From an uncultured Holophagales bacterium (GTDB lineage Bacteria > Acidobacteriota > Thermoanaerobaculia > Multivoradales > UBA5704): 64,000 nt of DNA. Every line of letters starts with the position of its first letter. Positions within the stretch are counted from its first letter, which is position 1. The notes under the pieces were generated by a model, which saw nothing but the letters and a program-made list of their open reading frames with translations, was not told the origin of the DNA and did no database searches. The translations under genes and the position numbers were made by a program. This document shows positions 18,350-28,638 of this stretch, piece by piece. The DNA lies in the NCBI GenBank assembly GCA_963842525.1, contig CAWJGT010000004.1:128001-192000 (forward strand), given 5' to 3'.

Positions 18350-20644
18350 TTGAAGACGGTTGCTTCTTTCCTTGCGTTCTGGGCAAGTGTTGCAGCTATT
18401 GGCTGGTCTCCGGCTGCTGTTGGTGAGCCGCCCCCAGGCGCTCCTCCAAGTTCCGCCACTGCCAAGATCCACGTCACGCTGGTTTCAACGGCAGGGACGC
18501 CTTTAGCGGGGGAAGGATTTGTCGTTTTCAAGCCGCCCGCATCTGCTACTCCCGTCACCCCCGTGGTAGTGCCTACCAAGTTGCCTGGATACGTAACGGC
18601 CGAGTTGCCCGTCGGCTCTCAGTGGCTTCTGTTTGCGGATTTCCCGGGCTACTTCGCGGCGACGTCTGTTCTTCAAGTGCCACTGGCCGATCCTATGGAG
18701 GTGCACATAACGCTGCGGCCGGCCGGCACGCTGACCGGTAAGTTCACCCTCGAGGGCAAAGAGAAATTGCCCGAGAGCTTGGAAATTCGATTCGAGCCTA
18801 CCCGCGAGACTCTTCCCAAGAAGCAGGACATACCTGCAGGATCAGCCCCATGTGCCGTAGGCCCGTCGGGAGACTGGCGGTGCCGACTGCCTGCGGGGCG
18901 GCTCGACATCGCTCTGCATCCGAAGGGGTTCGTTCCCCACTACCTCTTGAATATCAACATCCCGGCCAGCGAGACGAGCTCGCTCGGGTCGCGGAAGCTC
19001 ATTCGGGGCGCTTCGGTGTCAGGATGGATCATGCGGGAGGACGGTACGCCGGCGGAGAAATGCCGGGTACGTCTGGAGCCGAAGACGGCACCAGGCCGCC
19101 CAAACGACCCCGTACTGGAGTTCCTTCGGGCAGTTGCCAGCGAGGTGCCGTGCCAGGGAAAGGGGTTTTTCCAGTTCTCGGCGGTGGGTGCTGGTTCGTA
19201 CGCGCTCGTTGCGCACGAGAACGATGCACGGGCCCAGATGTCACCCGTCGAAGTTTGGAATAACGCAGAATCGAGACTCACGGAGCCCATCGTGCTTCGG
19301 CGTCCCGTCGACTTTGAGGTGACGCTCTCTCCGCCGACAGACTGGCTCGGACAACCCTGGCGGGTCGAGGCGCTTCGGGCGAGCGAGTATCGAGCAGGAT
19401 GGGAGGAACCTTCGTACCGAGCCGAGGCTACCCGGGACGGACGCCTGCGGCTCCCCAAACAGTCGCCGGGCCGGTTCTGGATCACGGTCTACGACCGGCT
19501 CGGTAACGCAGTCTTCTCAGACCCGCATGTGGATCTCTCCGCCCCGTCGGTACCGTACCCGATCACCCTTGACTTGCTCTGGGTCGAAGGCAGGATACAC
19601 TTTGGCGACGAGCCCTTGACCGGACGTCTCTTTTTCGGTGGGCGAAGCGGTGCGACTACGATCGAGATGACATCCGACGAGAACGGCCGCTTCGAGGGGC
19701 CGCTCCCGAAGCCGGGCGCCTGGCGGGTGGACATTGAAGGTGCCGAGCCCCGCTTAAGGACATCTGTGAAAGTAGAGGTGAAGCCGAAGGGTGATCGCGC
19801 ATCGTTGGCGATCGAATTGCCCAACACCAACGTCTACGGGCGAGTGGTCGATCCTTCGGGAAAGCCAGCACCGGGCGCGGAGGTCACCCTCAGCTCGACG
19901 GTCAGCACCATCGCCACCAAGACCGATGGAAAAGGAGAGTTCAAGATTCGAGCCTTCCCGAAAGGGACCAATGAGTTGTCCTCGGCGCGAGCGGCTGCAG
20001 AAGGAGGCCGCGAGGTCAGCGACCTCTACAGGTTTGAGGCGGCCGACGATTCGCCCCATGGACCAGTTGTGCTCACACTACGGCAAACGCAAGCGATTCA
20101 CGGAAGAGTTCTTGCAGCAACAGGGCCCGTGATCGGTGCAACCGTAAGTGCGTGGTCCACATCGAGCGGAGACGGGGTTGTTTCGACGGTACGCTCCGGG
20201 CTCGACGGACGTTTTGAGCTGAAGCTGCCCGCGGGAACGCAGGTCGTGCAAGCTGTTGTGAGCCCCCCGGGAGGAGCGCTCAAAGCCTATGAGGTCAACG
20301 TTTCGAGTGACGCCGAGATCCTGTTTCAGGTGGAATCGTCAGGTGGCGAAGTGGTCATGGATCTCGGCAAGAGCGGGCCGCCTGACGGCGGGATTCTCGT
20401 GGTCTGGCAGGATGATATTGGGATTCCTCTCGGAACGCTCGTTCGTTGGACGGAAGGGCATGGGGTCCGTTTTCAGCAGGGAAGCCAAGTACACATTCCT
20501 CAATTGGCGCCGGGCTACTATGCGGTGTGCGTCGGCACTGCAGCGATCGTGGCTTCGAGTGACATCGATGCATGGAAAACCCGAGGAAGGTGTGCGTCCG
20601 GCTACCTCGCAGCAGCCTCTACGCTCGATTTACGTCTGCCTTGA
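18350..20644 (+). CDS. Secreted carboxypeptidase-regulatory-like (repeated beta-sandwich) protein
   Basis: AGGAG RBS with TTG start, signal peptide, repeated GRVVDPSGKPAPGAEV / TDGKGEF-type modules. Confidence 0.78.
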   Translation: MKTVASFLAFWASVAAIGWSPAAVGEPPPGAPPSSATAKIHVTLVSTAGTPLAGEGFVVFKPPASATPVTPVVVPTKLPGYVTAELPVGSQWLLFADFPGYFAATSVLQVPLADPMEVHITLRPAGTLTGKFTLEGKEKLPESLEIRFEPTRETLPKKQDIPAGSAPCAVGPSGDWRCRLPAGRLDIALHPKGFVPHYLLNINIPASETSSLGSRKLIRGASVSGWIMREDGTPAEKCRVRLEPKTAPGRPNDPVLEFLRAVASEVPCQGKGFFQFSAVGAGSYALVAHENDARAQMSPVEVWNNAESRLTEPIVLRRPVDFEVTLSPPTDWLGQPWRVEALRASEYRAGWEEPSYRAEATRDGRLRLPKQSPGRFWITVYDRLGNAVFSDPHVDLSAPSVPYPITLDLLWVEGRIHFGDEPLTGRLFFGGRSGATTIEMTSDENGRFEGPLPKPGAWRVDIEGAEPRLRTSVKVEVKPKGDRASLAIELPNTNVYGRVVDPSGKPAPGAEVTLSSTVSTIATKTDGKGEFKIRAFPKGTNELSSARAAAEGGREVSDLYRFEAADDSPHGPVVLTLRQTQAIHGRVLAATGPVIGATVSAWSTSSGDGVVSTVRSGLDGRFELKLPAGTQVVQAVVSPPGGALKAYEVNVSSDAEILFQVESSGGEVVMDLGKSGPPDGGILVVWQDDIGIPLGTLVRWTEGHGVRFQQGSQVHIPQLAPGYYAVCVGTAAIVASSDIDAWKTRGRCASGYLAAASTLDLRLP

Positions 20645-20678
20645 AGACGGGTTCTCTGCTTTTGGCGGTGCCAGCCAC

Positions 20679-22817
20679 TTATTTTGGCGTCCCCTGGGGC
20701 ACCGGGAATCCGCGCTTGCGCATCAGCGCCGCGGTACCGGGATCTTTGCCGCGGAAGGCCTGGTAAGCGTCGGCGGGCGCCATCGTGTTGCCGATCGAGA
20801 AGACGTGATCGGTCAGGCGCTTGGCCATCGCCTTGTCATACGCGCCGCCCGCTTCCTTGAACGCTTCCCAGGCGTCCGCGGAAAGGGTATCCGCCCAGAG
20901 GTAGCTGTAGTAACCCGCCGAGTAGCCGTCACCGGAGAAGACATGGCCGAACTGCGGTGTGCGGTGCCGCATGACGATCTCCTTCGGCATGCCCAGCGCG
21001 GCGAGGGTCTCGCGCTCGAACGCGTCAGGATCGATGTCCTTGTCGGGCGTCGCGGCGAAGTGCAGCTTCATGTCCATCAACGCCGCCGCGAGGTATTCGA
21101 CGGTCTGGAAGCCCTGGTTGAACTTCGAGGCACGCTCGATGCGGTCGACCAGCTCCTTCGGGATCGGTTTTCCGGTCTGGTAATGCAATGCAAAACGGCT
21201 GAGGACTTCGGGCGTTGACAGCCAGTTTTCCAGAAGCTGGGACGGAAACTCGACGTAGTCCCTCGCCACGTTGGCTCCCGAGAGCGACGGGTACTCGACC
21301 GACGACGCCAGGCCGTGAAGAGCATGGCCGAATTCGTGGAAGAGCGCCGAGGCGTCCTCCCAACTGATCAGGATCGGCTCGCCCGGCTTGGCTTTGACGA
21401 AGTTGGTGTTGTTGGAGACGATGGTCGTGATCGGACCGTCGAAACGCTCCTGTTCACGGTAGGCGTTCATCCAGGCGCCGGAATTCTTGCCGGGACGGGC
21501 ATAGGGATCGAAGTACCATAGGCCGACGTGCTGGCCCGTCCGGCCGGTCACTTCCCAGACCCGGATGTCGGGAGTCAACGTCGGGAGGCCCTGGACCGGC
21601 TTGAACTGGAAACCAAAGAGCTCGCCGGCCACCCAGAACATGCCCTCGCGCAGCTTTTCGAGCTGCAGATAGGGCATGACGGCGTTTTGATCGAGGTCGT
21701 ACTTCGCCTTGCGCACCTTTTCGGCGTAGTAGCGGTAGTCCCAGGGCTCGATCGTGATGTTCGCCCCTTCCTTGTCCGCCAGCGCCTGCATGTCGGCGAC
21801 CTCTTCATGGACGCGGGCGACCGCGGGCTTCCAGACCGCCTCCATGAGCTCCATGGCGCGCTCCGGCGTCTGGGCCATCGAGTCCTCCAGGCGCCAGTGG
21901 GCGTGGGTCGTGTAGCCGAGGAGCTTCGCCCTCTCGGACCGCAGCTTGAGGATCTCGGTGATGATCTTGTTGTTGTCCTTGGCGTCGCCGTTGTCGCCGC
22001 GGCTGAAGTAGGTGCGCCAGACCTTTTCGCGCAGGTCGCGGCGGTCGGAGTAGGTGAGGAAAGGCTCCATGCTGGAACGCGTGTTGAGGATCGCCCATTT
22101 CCCTTTCACGCCCCGCGATTCGGCGCCAGCGGCAGCACCCTGCCGCACCGGCTCGGGCAACCCTGCGAGGTCCGGTTCCTTCTCGAGCACCAGCATGTAG
22201 TTGGCCTCATCGGCGAGCAGGTTCTGGCTGAAGGTCGTGAAGAGGGTGGCAAGGCGCTGATTGATGGCCGAGAGGCGTTCCTTGGACGGCTTGTCGAGGC
22301 GGGCGCCGGCACGCACGAACGTCGTGTAGCGGTACCAGCCGAGCCGCTTCTGCTCGGGGGTGAGATTCAAGGATTCGCGCGCTTCGTAGACCGCGGCGAT
22401 GCGGGCGAAGAGCCGTTCATTCTGCGTGATCTGGTCGCCAAAAGCCGCGAGCTTGGGCGCCATTTCGCTCTCCACCGCCTGGAACTCCGGCGTGGACATG
22501 GTCGAGCTGAATACACCGAAAATGGCCCCGATCCGGCTCAGCGTCCGTCCCGACCGTTCCAGGGCGGCGAGGGTGTTCTCGAAGTCGGGCTTGGCAGGAT
22601 CTGCGGCGATGGCCTCGATCTCCGCCAGTTGCTCGGCCATCGCGGCTTCGAGGGCGGGTTTGAAGTGCTCGACCCGAACCGCGTCGTACGGCGGCACGCC
22701 GCCGTACGGTCCTGTCCACTTGCCGAGGAGCGGGCCCGGCGACGGAGCGGCGGCCATCAGCGGTGCGTACATGAGCAAACCGGCGAGGCCGAGTGCGGGA
22801 AGATGGGTCCTTGGCAT
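20679..22817 (-). CDS. dcp: M3 family peptidyl-dipeptidase Dcp
   Basis: HEFGHALH, DYVEFPSQ, GYSAGYYSYLW and K.SGAWM motifs. Confidence 0.92.
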   Translation of the reverse strand: MPRTHLPALGLAGLLMYAPLMAAAPSPGPLLGKWTGPYGGVPPYDAVRVEHFKPALEAAMAEQLAEIEAIAADPAKPDFENTLAALERSGRTLSRIGAIFGVFSSTMSTPEFQAVESEMAPKLAAFGDQITQNERLFARIAAVYEARESLNLTPEQKRLGWYRYTTFVRAGARLDKPSKERLSAINQRLATLFTTFSQNLLADEANYMLVLEKEPDLAGLPEPVRQGAAAGAESRGVKGKWAILNTRSSMEPFLTYSDRRDLREKVWRTYFSRGDNGDAKDNNKIITEILKLRSERAKLLGYTTHAHWRLEDSMAQTPERAMELMEAVWKPAVARVHEEVADMQALADKEGANITIEPWDYRYYAEKVRKAKYDLDQNAVMPYLQLEKLREGMFWVAGELFGFQFKPVQGLPTLTPDIRVWEVTGRTGQHVGLWYFDPYARPGKNSGAWMNAYREQERFDGPITTIVSNNTNFVKAKPGEPILISWEDASALFHEFGHALHGLASSVEYPSLSGANVARDYVEFPSQLLENWLSTPEVLSRFALHYQTGKPIPKELVDRIERASKFNQGFQTVEYLAAALMDMKLHFAATPDKDIDPDAFERETLAALGMPKEIVMRHRTPQFGHVFSGDGYSAGYYSYLWADTLSADAWEAFKEAGGAYDKAMAKRLTDHVFSIGNTMAPADAYQAFRGKDPGTAALMRKRGFPVPQGTPK

Positions 22818-23133
22818 GACTGAGCTCTCCTTGGGATTCTGAACGGGCGTTGCATATCGGTCTCCTGGGCTTCACCCTGTCTGCGAGGCAACCCGCCCTT
22901 TCGGGCGGCTCGATTGTAGCTCGTCCCAAGGAAGAGCGTCGGTACGGGGCAGGCGACCGGCAAGGATGCCGGCGCTCCCAGCGAATCCTCGCGCGTAAGG
23001 GTAATTTGCCCTGGCTCCTGAGGGCTTTCCCTCATGGCTTGTGAAGCCCGGAAGGCACGAGAATGCGGTGCGCCGGCTCTTGGCGCAGGTTTTGCTCTCT
23101 CGTCACATCTGTGCACTTCACAAGGAGATGCTC

Positions 23134-24441
23134 ATGAAAACGCCCGGTTCCCTGCCAGTCGTTGTCCTCTTCGGCTTGTTGCTCGCTGTTCTCCCTCTGA
23201 CCCCGGCCGCTGGGGCCGGAGCGCCGACCTACGATCTCTACACGCCCCCGCCTTTCCTCGGCCAGAGCGCCGGCGAGCCGAGCCTGGGGATCAACTGGAA
23301 CACCGGCAACGTCATGTACATTGCCGGGCTCGAGACCCTGCGCGTGAGCTTCGACGACACGGTCATACCGGCGGCGGCAAGTTGGGTCGACGTCTCCTTC
23401 CCGTTGACGAGCATTCTCACTCTGGACCCGATCCTTTTCACCGATCCTCAGACCGGGCGGACCTTCGCTGCGCAGCTCGCCGGTCCGGCAAGCCTCATGG
23501 CCTTCAGCGATGACGACGGCGCGACCTGGCTGCCGTCCACGTCCGGCCTCGCCTCCGGAATCGATCATCAGTCGGTCGGCGGTGGCCCCCTGGCCCCAGG
23601 TCTGCCGGCCCTCGGTTATCCGCACACCGTCTACTACTGCTCGCAAGGAGTGGCGCTCGCCGCTTGCTCGCGGAGCCTCGACGGCGGCCTCGTCTTCGGC
23701 CCGCCGATCCCCCTCTATACGCTGCTCCAGTGCGGCGGTCTTCACGGCCATGTCAAGGTTGGGCCGGACGGCACCGCCTACGTCCCCAACAAGGGCTGCG
23801 GCACCCAGCAGGCGGTGGTGGTTTCGGCCAACAACGGCTTGACCTGGACGGTGCGCAAAGTGCCCGGCAGCTCACCGGGCGAAAACGATCCATCGGTGGG
23901 GATCGCGAGCGACGGCACGGTCTACTTCGGATTCGTCGGCGCCGACGGGCATGTGAGGGCGGCGGTCTCGCACAACAAGGGGGCCACTTGGTCGACGCCG
24001 AAGGACGTGGGAGCGCCGTTCGGCATTCAGAACGCCACCTTCCCGGCCGTGGTGGCGGGCGACGGCGACCGTGCAGCCGTCGCCTTCCTCGGGACGCCGA
24101 CGGGCGGCAATGGCACCGGGACCGATCCGAATTTCCCGGGCGTCTGGCATCTCTATGTCGCCACCACTTTTGATGGCGGAGCGACGTGGACGACGGTGGA
24201 TGCAACGCCCAATGACCCGGTCCAGCGTGGCTCGATCTGCCTCCAGGGGACGGGGTGCAGCAGCGCACGCAACCTGCTCGACTTCATGGACATCGGGGTC
24301 GACGCCGAGGGGCGGGTGCTGGTGGCGTTCGCGGATGGATGCGTCGGGCCGTGCGTCTCCGGCCCGCCGAACAGCGATACGGCGATTGCCGGCATCGCGC
24401 GCCAGAGTGGAGGCATGCGCCTCTTCGCGGCGTTCGACTGA
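23134..24441 (+). CDS. Secreted BNR/Asp-box (sialidase-like) beta-propeller protein
   Basis: AAGGAG RBS; Asp boxes SDDDGATW, SLDGGLVF, SANNGLTW, SHNKGATW, TFDGGATW. Confidence 0.85.
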   Translation: MKTPGSLPVVVLFGLLLAVLPLTPAAGAGAPTYDLYTPPPFLGQSAGEPSLGINWNTGNVMYIAGLETLRVSFDDTVIPAAASWVDVSFPLTSILTLDPILFTDPQTGRTFAAQLAGPASLMAFSDDDGATWLPSTSGLASGIDHQSVGGGPLAPGLPALGYPHTVYYCSQGVALAACSRSLDGGLVFGPPIPLYTLLQCGGLHGHVKVGPDGTAYVPNKGCGTQQAVVVSANNGLTWTVRKVPGSSPGENDPSVGIASDGTVYFGFVGADGHVRAAVSHNKGATWSTPKDVGAPFGIQNATFPAVVAGDGDRAAVAFLGTPTGGNGTGTDPNFPGVWHLYVATTFDGGATWTTVDATPNDPVQRGSICLQGTGCSSARNLLDFMDIGVDAEGRVLVAFADGCVGPCVSGPPNSDTAIAGIARQSGGMRLFAAFD

Positions 24442-24538
24442 GAGCCAGACGCGGGAGGGAGGACGAAATCCTTTCCGCGTCCGTAACACTCCTCTTGGAA
24501 ACGGGTTATCCTCTAGATCCCGCTTCAAGGAGTGCTCC

Positions 24539-27538
24539 ATGAGCCGTCGTCCTCGCTTCATCGGTACCCTGCTTTGTCTCCTCGCCGGTCTCGGCGGGGC
24601 CGCGGTCCGCGCCCAGGAGCCCGATCCGGCGGCGCTGCGCAAGGCCGTCCAGGAGTCGCGCCTCGAGCCGGCGCGGGCCGTCGCCCTCAAGAATGTGAAG
24701 CTCGGCGCCGGCCTCGCCACGCTGCAGCTCGACGACGGGGTCCTGCTGCCGGCGTCGCCGGTCGGGGCGCGGACGGTCGAGGTGGTTTTCCTGGGCAAGG
24801 GCCGGATCGTGCTCGAGCCGCCGGACGAGATCGAGGCCGGGCAGCTCGACCTCTTCATCGGGTCGAACCGACTGGAGGAGGAGTTCACCGAGATGGTCCT
24901 CGTGCTCGGCATGGACGCGGCCGTGGATGCCATGCTGCGGAAGCCTGCGGCCACTCCAGAGGCGTCGCTCGTCCAGCGCGGCGAGGCGCTCTACCGGAAG
25001 TGGAAGGACGGGCCCGAGCGCAAGCTCCTGAACGTCGAGAGCGCCATCCTCCTGGACGCGGCCGGGGATCCGGCGTTCCAGGGGTACTTTGCGGCGTGGT
25101 TCCGCGGCAAGGAGCTCGGGGACTTCCTCTATCTGGTCAACCCGGAGGACCAGGAGCAGGTGGCCCTGGGGAGCTTCGTACCGCTGGAGGCGACGGAGAA
25201 GGAGAAGCGCAAGATCCTCAAGGAGATCGCCCGCCAGCAGCGCAAGGGCCGGCTGATCGGCCTCGAGTTGGAGGACCTCGGCCAGTGGGACACCTGGCTC
25301 TCGGCCTCGCTGCGCAACCGGGAGGGCACGCCGAGCCTGGGGGTCTCCTCGTTCGAGCCGGAGAAATACACCCTGGACGTCAGCATCGCCGAGCGCGACC
25401 TGCGGCTGACCGGACGCGCCCGGATCGACCTGCGGCCGGTGGTCCGCGGCGCCCGCGCGGCGGTCCTGCGGATCAACCCCAACCTCCAGGTCTCCAAGGT
25501 CTCAGACGGCTCCGGCCAGGGCCTTTTCTTCGTGCAGGCGGGAGACGATCTGACCGTCCTGCTGCCGCGCCCCGCCGCCGCGGGCGACAAGCTGGCCCTG
25601 GTCGTCGAGTACGCCGGGAGCGCGGTCGACAAGAGCCAGGGCTCCTATGCGCTGGCCGACACGCTCTTCTGGTATCCCCATGCCGGGACCGTCGACCGGG
25701 CCACCTATGACGTGACCCTGCGCTGGCCGAAGAAGCTGGAGCTCGCCGCCTGCGGACATCGGGTTGACGGTGGTGAGGCCTCCGACGGCACGCGCTGGGA
25801 GCGCCGCAGCCTGGACTTCCCGGCGAACGGCTTCTCCTTCGAGGTCGGCAAGTACCGGATCGAGGAGGCCCAGGCCGGCCATGTCCGGGTGAGGCTGGCT
25901 TTCGATCCCGACGTGTCGCGGATGGGCAAGGAGGCGCGGGAGGAGATCACCAAGGCGGTCACCGGATCGGTCTCCTACTTCGAGGAGCTGTTCGGCCCCT
26001 ATCCCCTGGACGAGCTGACGGTGGTCACGGTGCCGCGCTACTTCTCGCAGGCGGCCGGGCCGGGCCTGGTGACCCTGTCGAGCCTGATGATGCTCGACCT
26101 CGGCGCCTTCAACCTCCTGTTCGGCCTGGAGGACCGCCGCACCGTGGTTGCCCACGAGATCGCGCACCAGTGGTGGGGCCACAGCGTCGGCTGGTCCACC
26201 TATCGCGACCAGTGGATCAGCGAGGCCATGGCGAGCTACGCCGCCCTGCTCTTCGCCCGCAACCGCATCGACACCAAAGATCGCATCTGGCTGGGTCCCA
26301 CGTCCGGCTGGCAGAACGCCCTGCTGGACACCATTGAGGATGGCCGGGTCATCGAATCGATCGGTCCGGTGGTGCTGGGTGTACGCCTCATCTCCAGCCG
26401 GGCCGGCGACGCTTACCAGCCGATCGTCTATCAGAAGGGCGCGGTCATCCTCGACATGCTGGCGCGCAGCCTGGGCGAGCAAAATTTCCCCAAGATCCTG
26501 AAGCAGGTCGTCAAGGTGGCGGCCAACCGGCCGGTCTCGACCGAAGACTTCTTCGATCTGATCGAGCGGATCACCTCGACCGACCTCGATGCCTTCGCGC
26601 GGCAGTACGTCTACGGCACGGGGCTGCCGGAGGTCTATTACACCTACCGCTTCGAGCCGGCGGGGGAGGGCAAGTGGGTGGTCCGCGGAGAGGCGCGCCA
26701 GCAGGCGCCGTACCGCTACCAGTATCGCGTGGTGAAGACCGGTCGCGGGCTCGACGTGTCACGCGAGCGCCTCGACCAGATCAAGGTCGCGGACTCCACC
26801 CTCGTGGTGCCGGTCGAGATCGCCATCTACGATCCGTCGCGCGAGGACGGCAAGAAGAAGGGCCGGAAAGGCGAGAAGCCGGCCAATGCCATCGCCAAGG
26901 GGCACATCATGCTCAAGGGTGAGCAGACGTCGATCGAGATCCCTCTCGACCACGATCCGAAGGACTTCTGGCTCGACCGCCACGAGGTGGTCTTCGGCCG
27001 CTTCTTCAACGAGAGCCACAACCCGAAGCGGGTGCTCTTCTACCAGGCGGTGGACGCCGCCGCGGCCGGCAAGGCCGCGGATGCCGAGGCGCTCTTCGCC
27101 AAGGCGCTGGCGGCCGAAGTCGAAGTGTCGACCGATCCGGCCCATCCGCCGGACGAGAGGGAGGTCAAGAGGGAGGGGAAGTTCCTGGACGCCTGGATCG
27201 AGCTCCGGCGGGCGCGGCTGTACCTGGACCAGGACCGGGACGACGAAGCCCAGGCCTCCTTCGACCGCGCGCGCAAGGTCCTCGCCTCCTACAGCTTCTG
27301 GTTCGAAGAGGACTTGAAGGTGATCGAGTCGCGCCTCGACATCCGCCGCGGCGACCACGAAAAGGCCTTCAAGCGTCTGAACAAGGGGCTGCTCCGCAAG
27401 GGCACCCTGGACAGCACCGAGGGCTTCGTCCTCCTCGCCATCGCCGCTCAGGCCACCGGTCACACCGCGGAGCTCAAGGAGGCTATAGAGGCGGCCAAGG
27501 AGAACGGCGCGGACCTGGCGCTGCTGGGGAGCTCGTAG
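24539..27538 (+). CDS. Secreted M1-family aminopeptidase with C-terminal TPR-like helices
   Basis: AAGGAG RBS, signal peptide, AHEIAHQWWG-x-WISEAMA and YQKGA motifs. Confidence 0.88.
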   Translation: MSRRPRFIGTLLCLLAGLGGAAVRAQEPDPAALRKAVQESRLEPARAVALKNVKLGAGLATLQLDDGVLLPASPVGARTVEVVFLGKGRIVLEPPDEIEAGQLDLFIGSNRLEEEFTEMVLVLGMDAAVDAMLRKPAATPEASLVQRGEALYRKWKDGPERKLLNVESAILLDAAGDPAFQGYFAAWFRGKELGDFLYLVNPEDQEQVALGSFVPLEATEKEKRKILKEIARQQRKGRLIGLELEDLGQWDTWLSASLRNREGTPSLGVSSFEPEKYTLDVSIAERDLRLTGRARIDLRPVVRGARAAVLRINPNLQVSKVSDGSGQGLFFVQAGDDLTVLLPRPAAAGDKLALVVEYAGSAVDKSQGSYALADTLFWYPHAGTVDRATYDVTLRWPKKLELAACGHRVDGGEASDGTRWERRSLDFPANGFSFEVGKYRIEEAQAGHVRVRLAFDPDVSRMGKEAREEITKAVTGSVSYFEELFGPYPLDELTVVTVPRYFSQAAGPGLVTLSSLMMLDLGAFNLLFGLEDRRTVVAHEIAHQWWGHSVGWSTYRDQWISEAMASYAALLFARNRIDTKDRIWLGPTSGWQNALLDTIEDGRVIESIGPVVLGVRLISSRAGDAYQPIVYQKGAVILDMLARSLGEQNFPKILKQVVKVAANRPVSTEDFFDLIERITSTDLDAFARQYVYGTGLPEVYYTYRFEPAGEGKWVVRGEARQQAPYRYQYRVVKTGRGLDVSRERLDQIKVADSTLVVPVEIAIYDPSREDGKKKGRKGEKPANAIAKGHIMLKGEQTSIEIPLDHDPKDFWLDRHEVVFGRFFNESHNPKRVLFYQAVDAAAAGKAADAEALFAKALAAEVEVSTDPAHPPDEREVKREGKFLDAWIELRRARLYLDQDRDDEAQASFDRARKVLASYSFWFEEDLKVIESRLDIRRGDHEKAFKRLNKGLLRKGTLDSTEGFVLLAIAAQATGHTAELKEAIEAAKENGADLALLGSS

Positions 27539-27544
27539 GACTCA

Positions 27545-27745
27545 GAGGGTGTCTCGAACGTCTTCGCGCAGCCGAGGGCCCTCACCCCCGTCCCCTCTCC
27601 CGCCACCCCGCCCACCCTCGCCGGGAGAGGGGCGCCACCACCCTTCGATTTTCCCCCTCTCCCGGGGTGGGCGGAAGGGGTGGCGGGAGAGGGGGCCAGG
27701 GGGTGAGGGCTTTCCCGGCGCGCCTCAACCTTTCGAGACACCCTC
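27545..27745. mobile_element. MITE-like element with 14-bp TIRs enclosing a CCCCTCTCCC REP pair
   Basis: GAGGGTGTCTCGAA (27545-27558) ... TTCGAGACACCCTC (27732-27745). Confidence 0.7.
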
Positions 27746-28057
27746 CTAGCGCCCCCCGCCCGCCTTCCGCGCGATCAGCCCATATCCCAGCGCTTGGGCC
27801 TCCTGCGCGAGGGCGGCGAGCTGCGGGGTGCCGGCTGTGCCTGCGAGCTGCGCCTGGGCGAGCCGCGCCTCGAGCTGCAGGTCGAGCAGGCCGGCCTGGG
27901 TGGCTTGAGCCTGGATGGCCTGGAGCGCCGCTGCGGGATTTTCCGTTCGGCGCAGGCGGGCGGCGGCGAGGTCCACGGTCAGGCGGGCGCGCAGGTTCTG
28001 GCTGTTGCCCACCAGGATGGCGGCGCGGTCGATCGCCGCCCGGTCGATCGCCGCCCG
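27746..28057 (-). pseudogene. Duplicated 3' end (~98 codons) of the Ser/Thr kinase gene at 35049
   Basis: Aligns with 35049-35345; only 4 aa differences, mostly synonymous changes; ends in a 15-bp tandem duplication at 28026-28055. Confidence 0.92.
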
Positions 28058-28090
28058 TGCACTGCTGCGGAGAGGTGCCCGCCGATTATC

Positions 28091-28219
28091 CGGGTGCTGA
28101 TGGCGTTCGCAGACGGATGTGTCGGGACCTGCGTTTCCGGGCCGCCGAACAGCGATACGCCATCGCGACGATCGCGCGCCAGAGCGGAGGGAAGGAGTTT
28201 CTTCGCGGCGTTCGACTGA
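28091..28219 (+). pseudogene. Duplicated 3' end of the sialidase-like gene
   Basis: RVLMAFADGCVGTCVSGPPNSDT...FAAFD* aligns with 24313-24441. Confidence 0.9.
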
Positions 28220-28638
28220 GGACTGGCCTTTGAAGATGCCAGCCGAGTATCCGGCTTCATCTGGGACCGGGCCGGTGCCCTCGTAACCCTCTCCTTCGGG
28301 CGCCGCTATGGCCCTCCTCGCCGCGAGTGGGATTGCTGTGGTGGCGTGGGATAGGAACGCCCGGACCCGGGTAAAGCCGGATAAAGCCCAGAATGAAATT
28401 CGGCCAAGCCTGCGCGACAGACGATTTCCTCCGGCGTAGTGCTGCTCTGCGAGTGTGTGCAATGGCCTACTGCAGGAGGTAAACCGCCTTCGATCCTACC
28501 GCACGGCGGGCGAAAACTTGCCCCGCGTCCGTCTCTTGATTCATGGGAAGGATGCGATGGTACACTATGTCTGCAAGTGTTATCCTGCCAACCGATGACG
28601 GGTGCTTACTACTTTCCTGTCCGATCGACGCATTCGAT

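Noticed and set aside
22880-22920. Riboswitch upstream of dcp
   Set aside because: Only one GAAA-capped hairpin after a TACAAT -10; no recognisable aptamer consensus
27746-28057. Diversity-generating retroelement template/variable repeat pair with 35049-35345
   Set aside because: Differences are mostly synonymous and not adenine-specific, and no reverse transcriptase is present in the window
27746-28462. 238-aa ORF as a real gene
   Set aside because: It is a chimera of the kinase 3' remnant and antisense sialidase remnant/intergenic sequence
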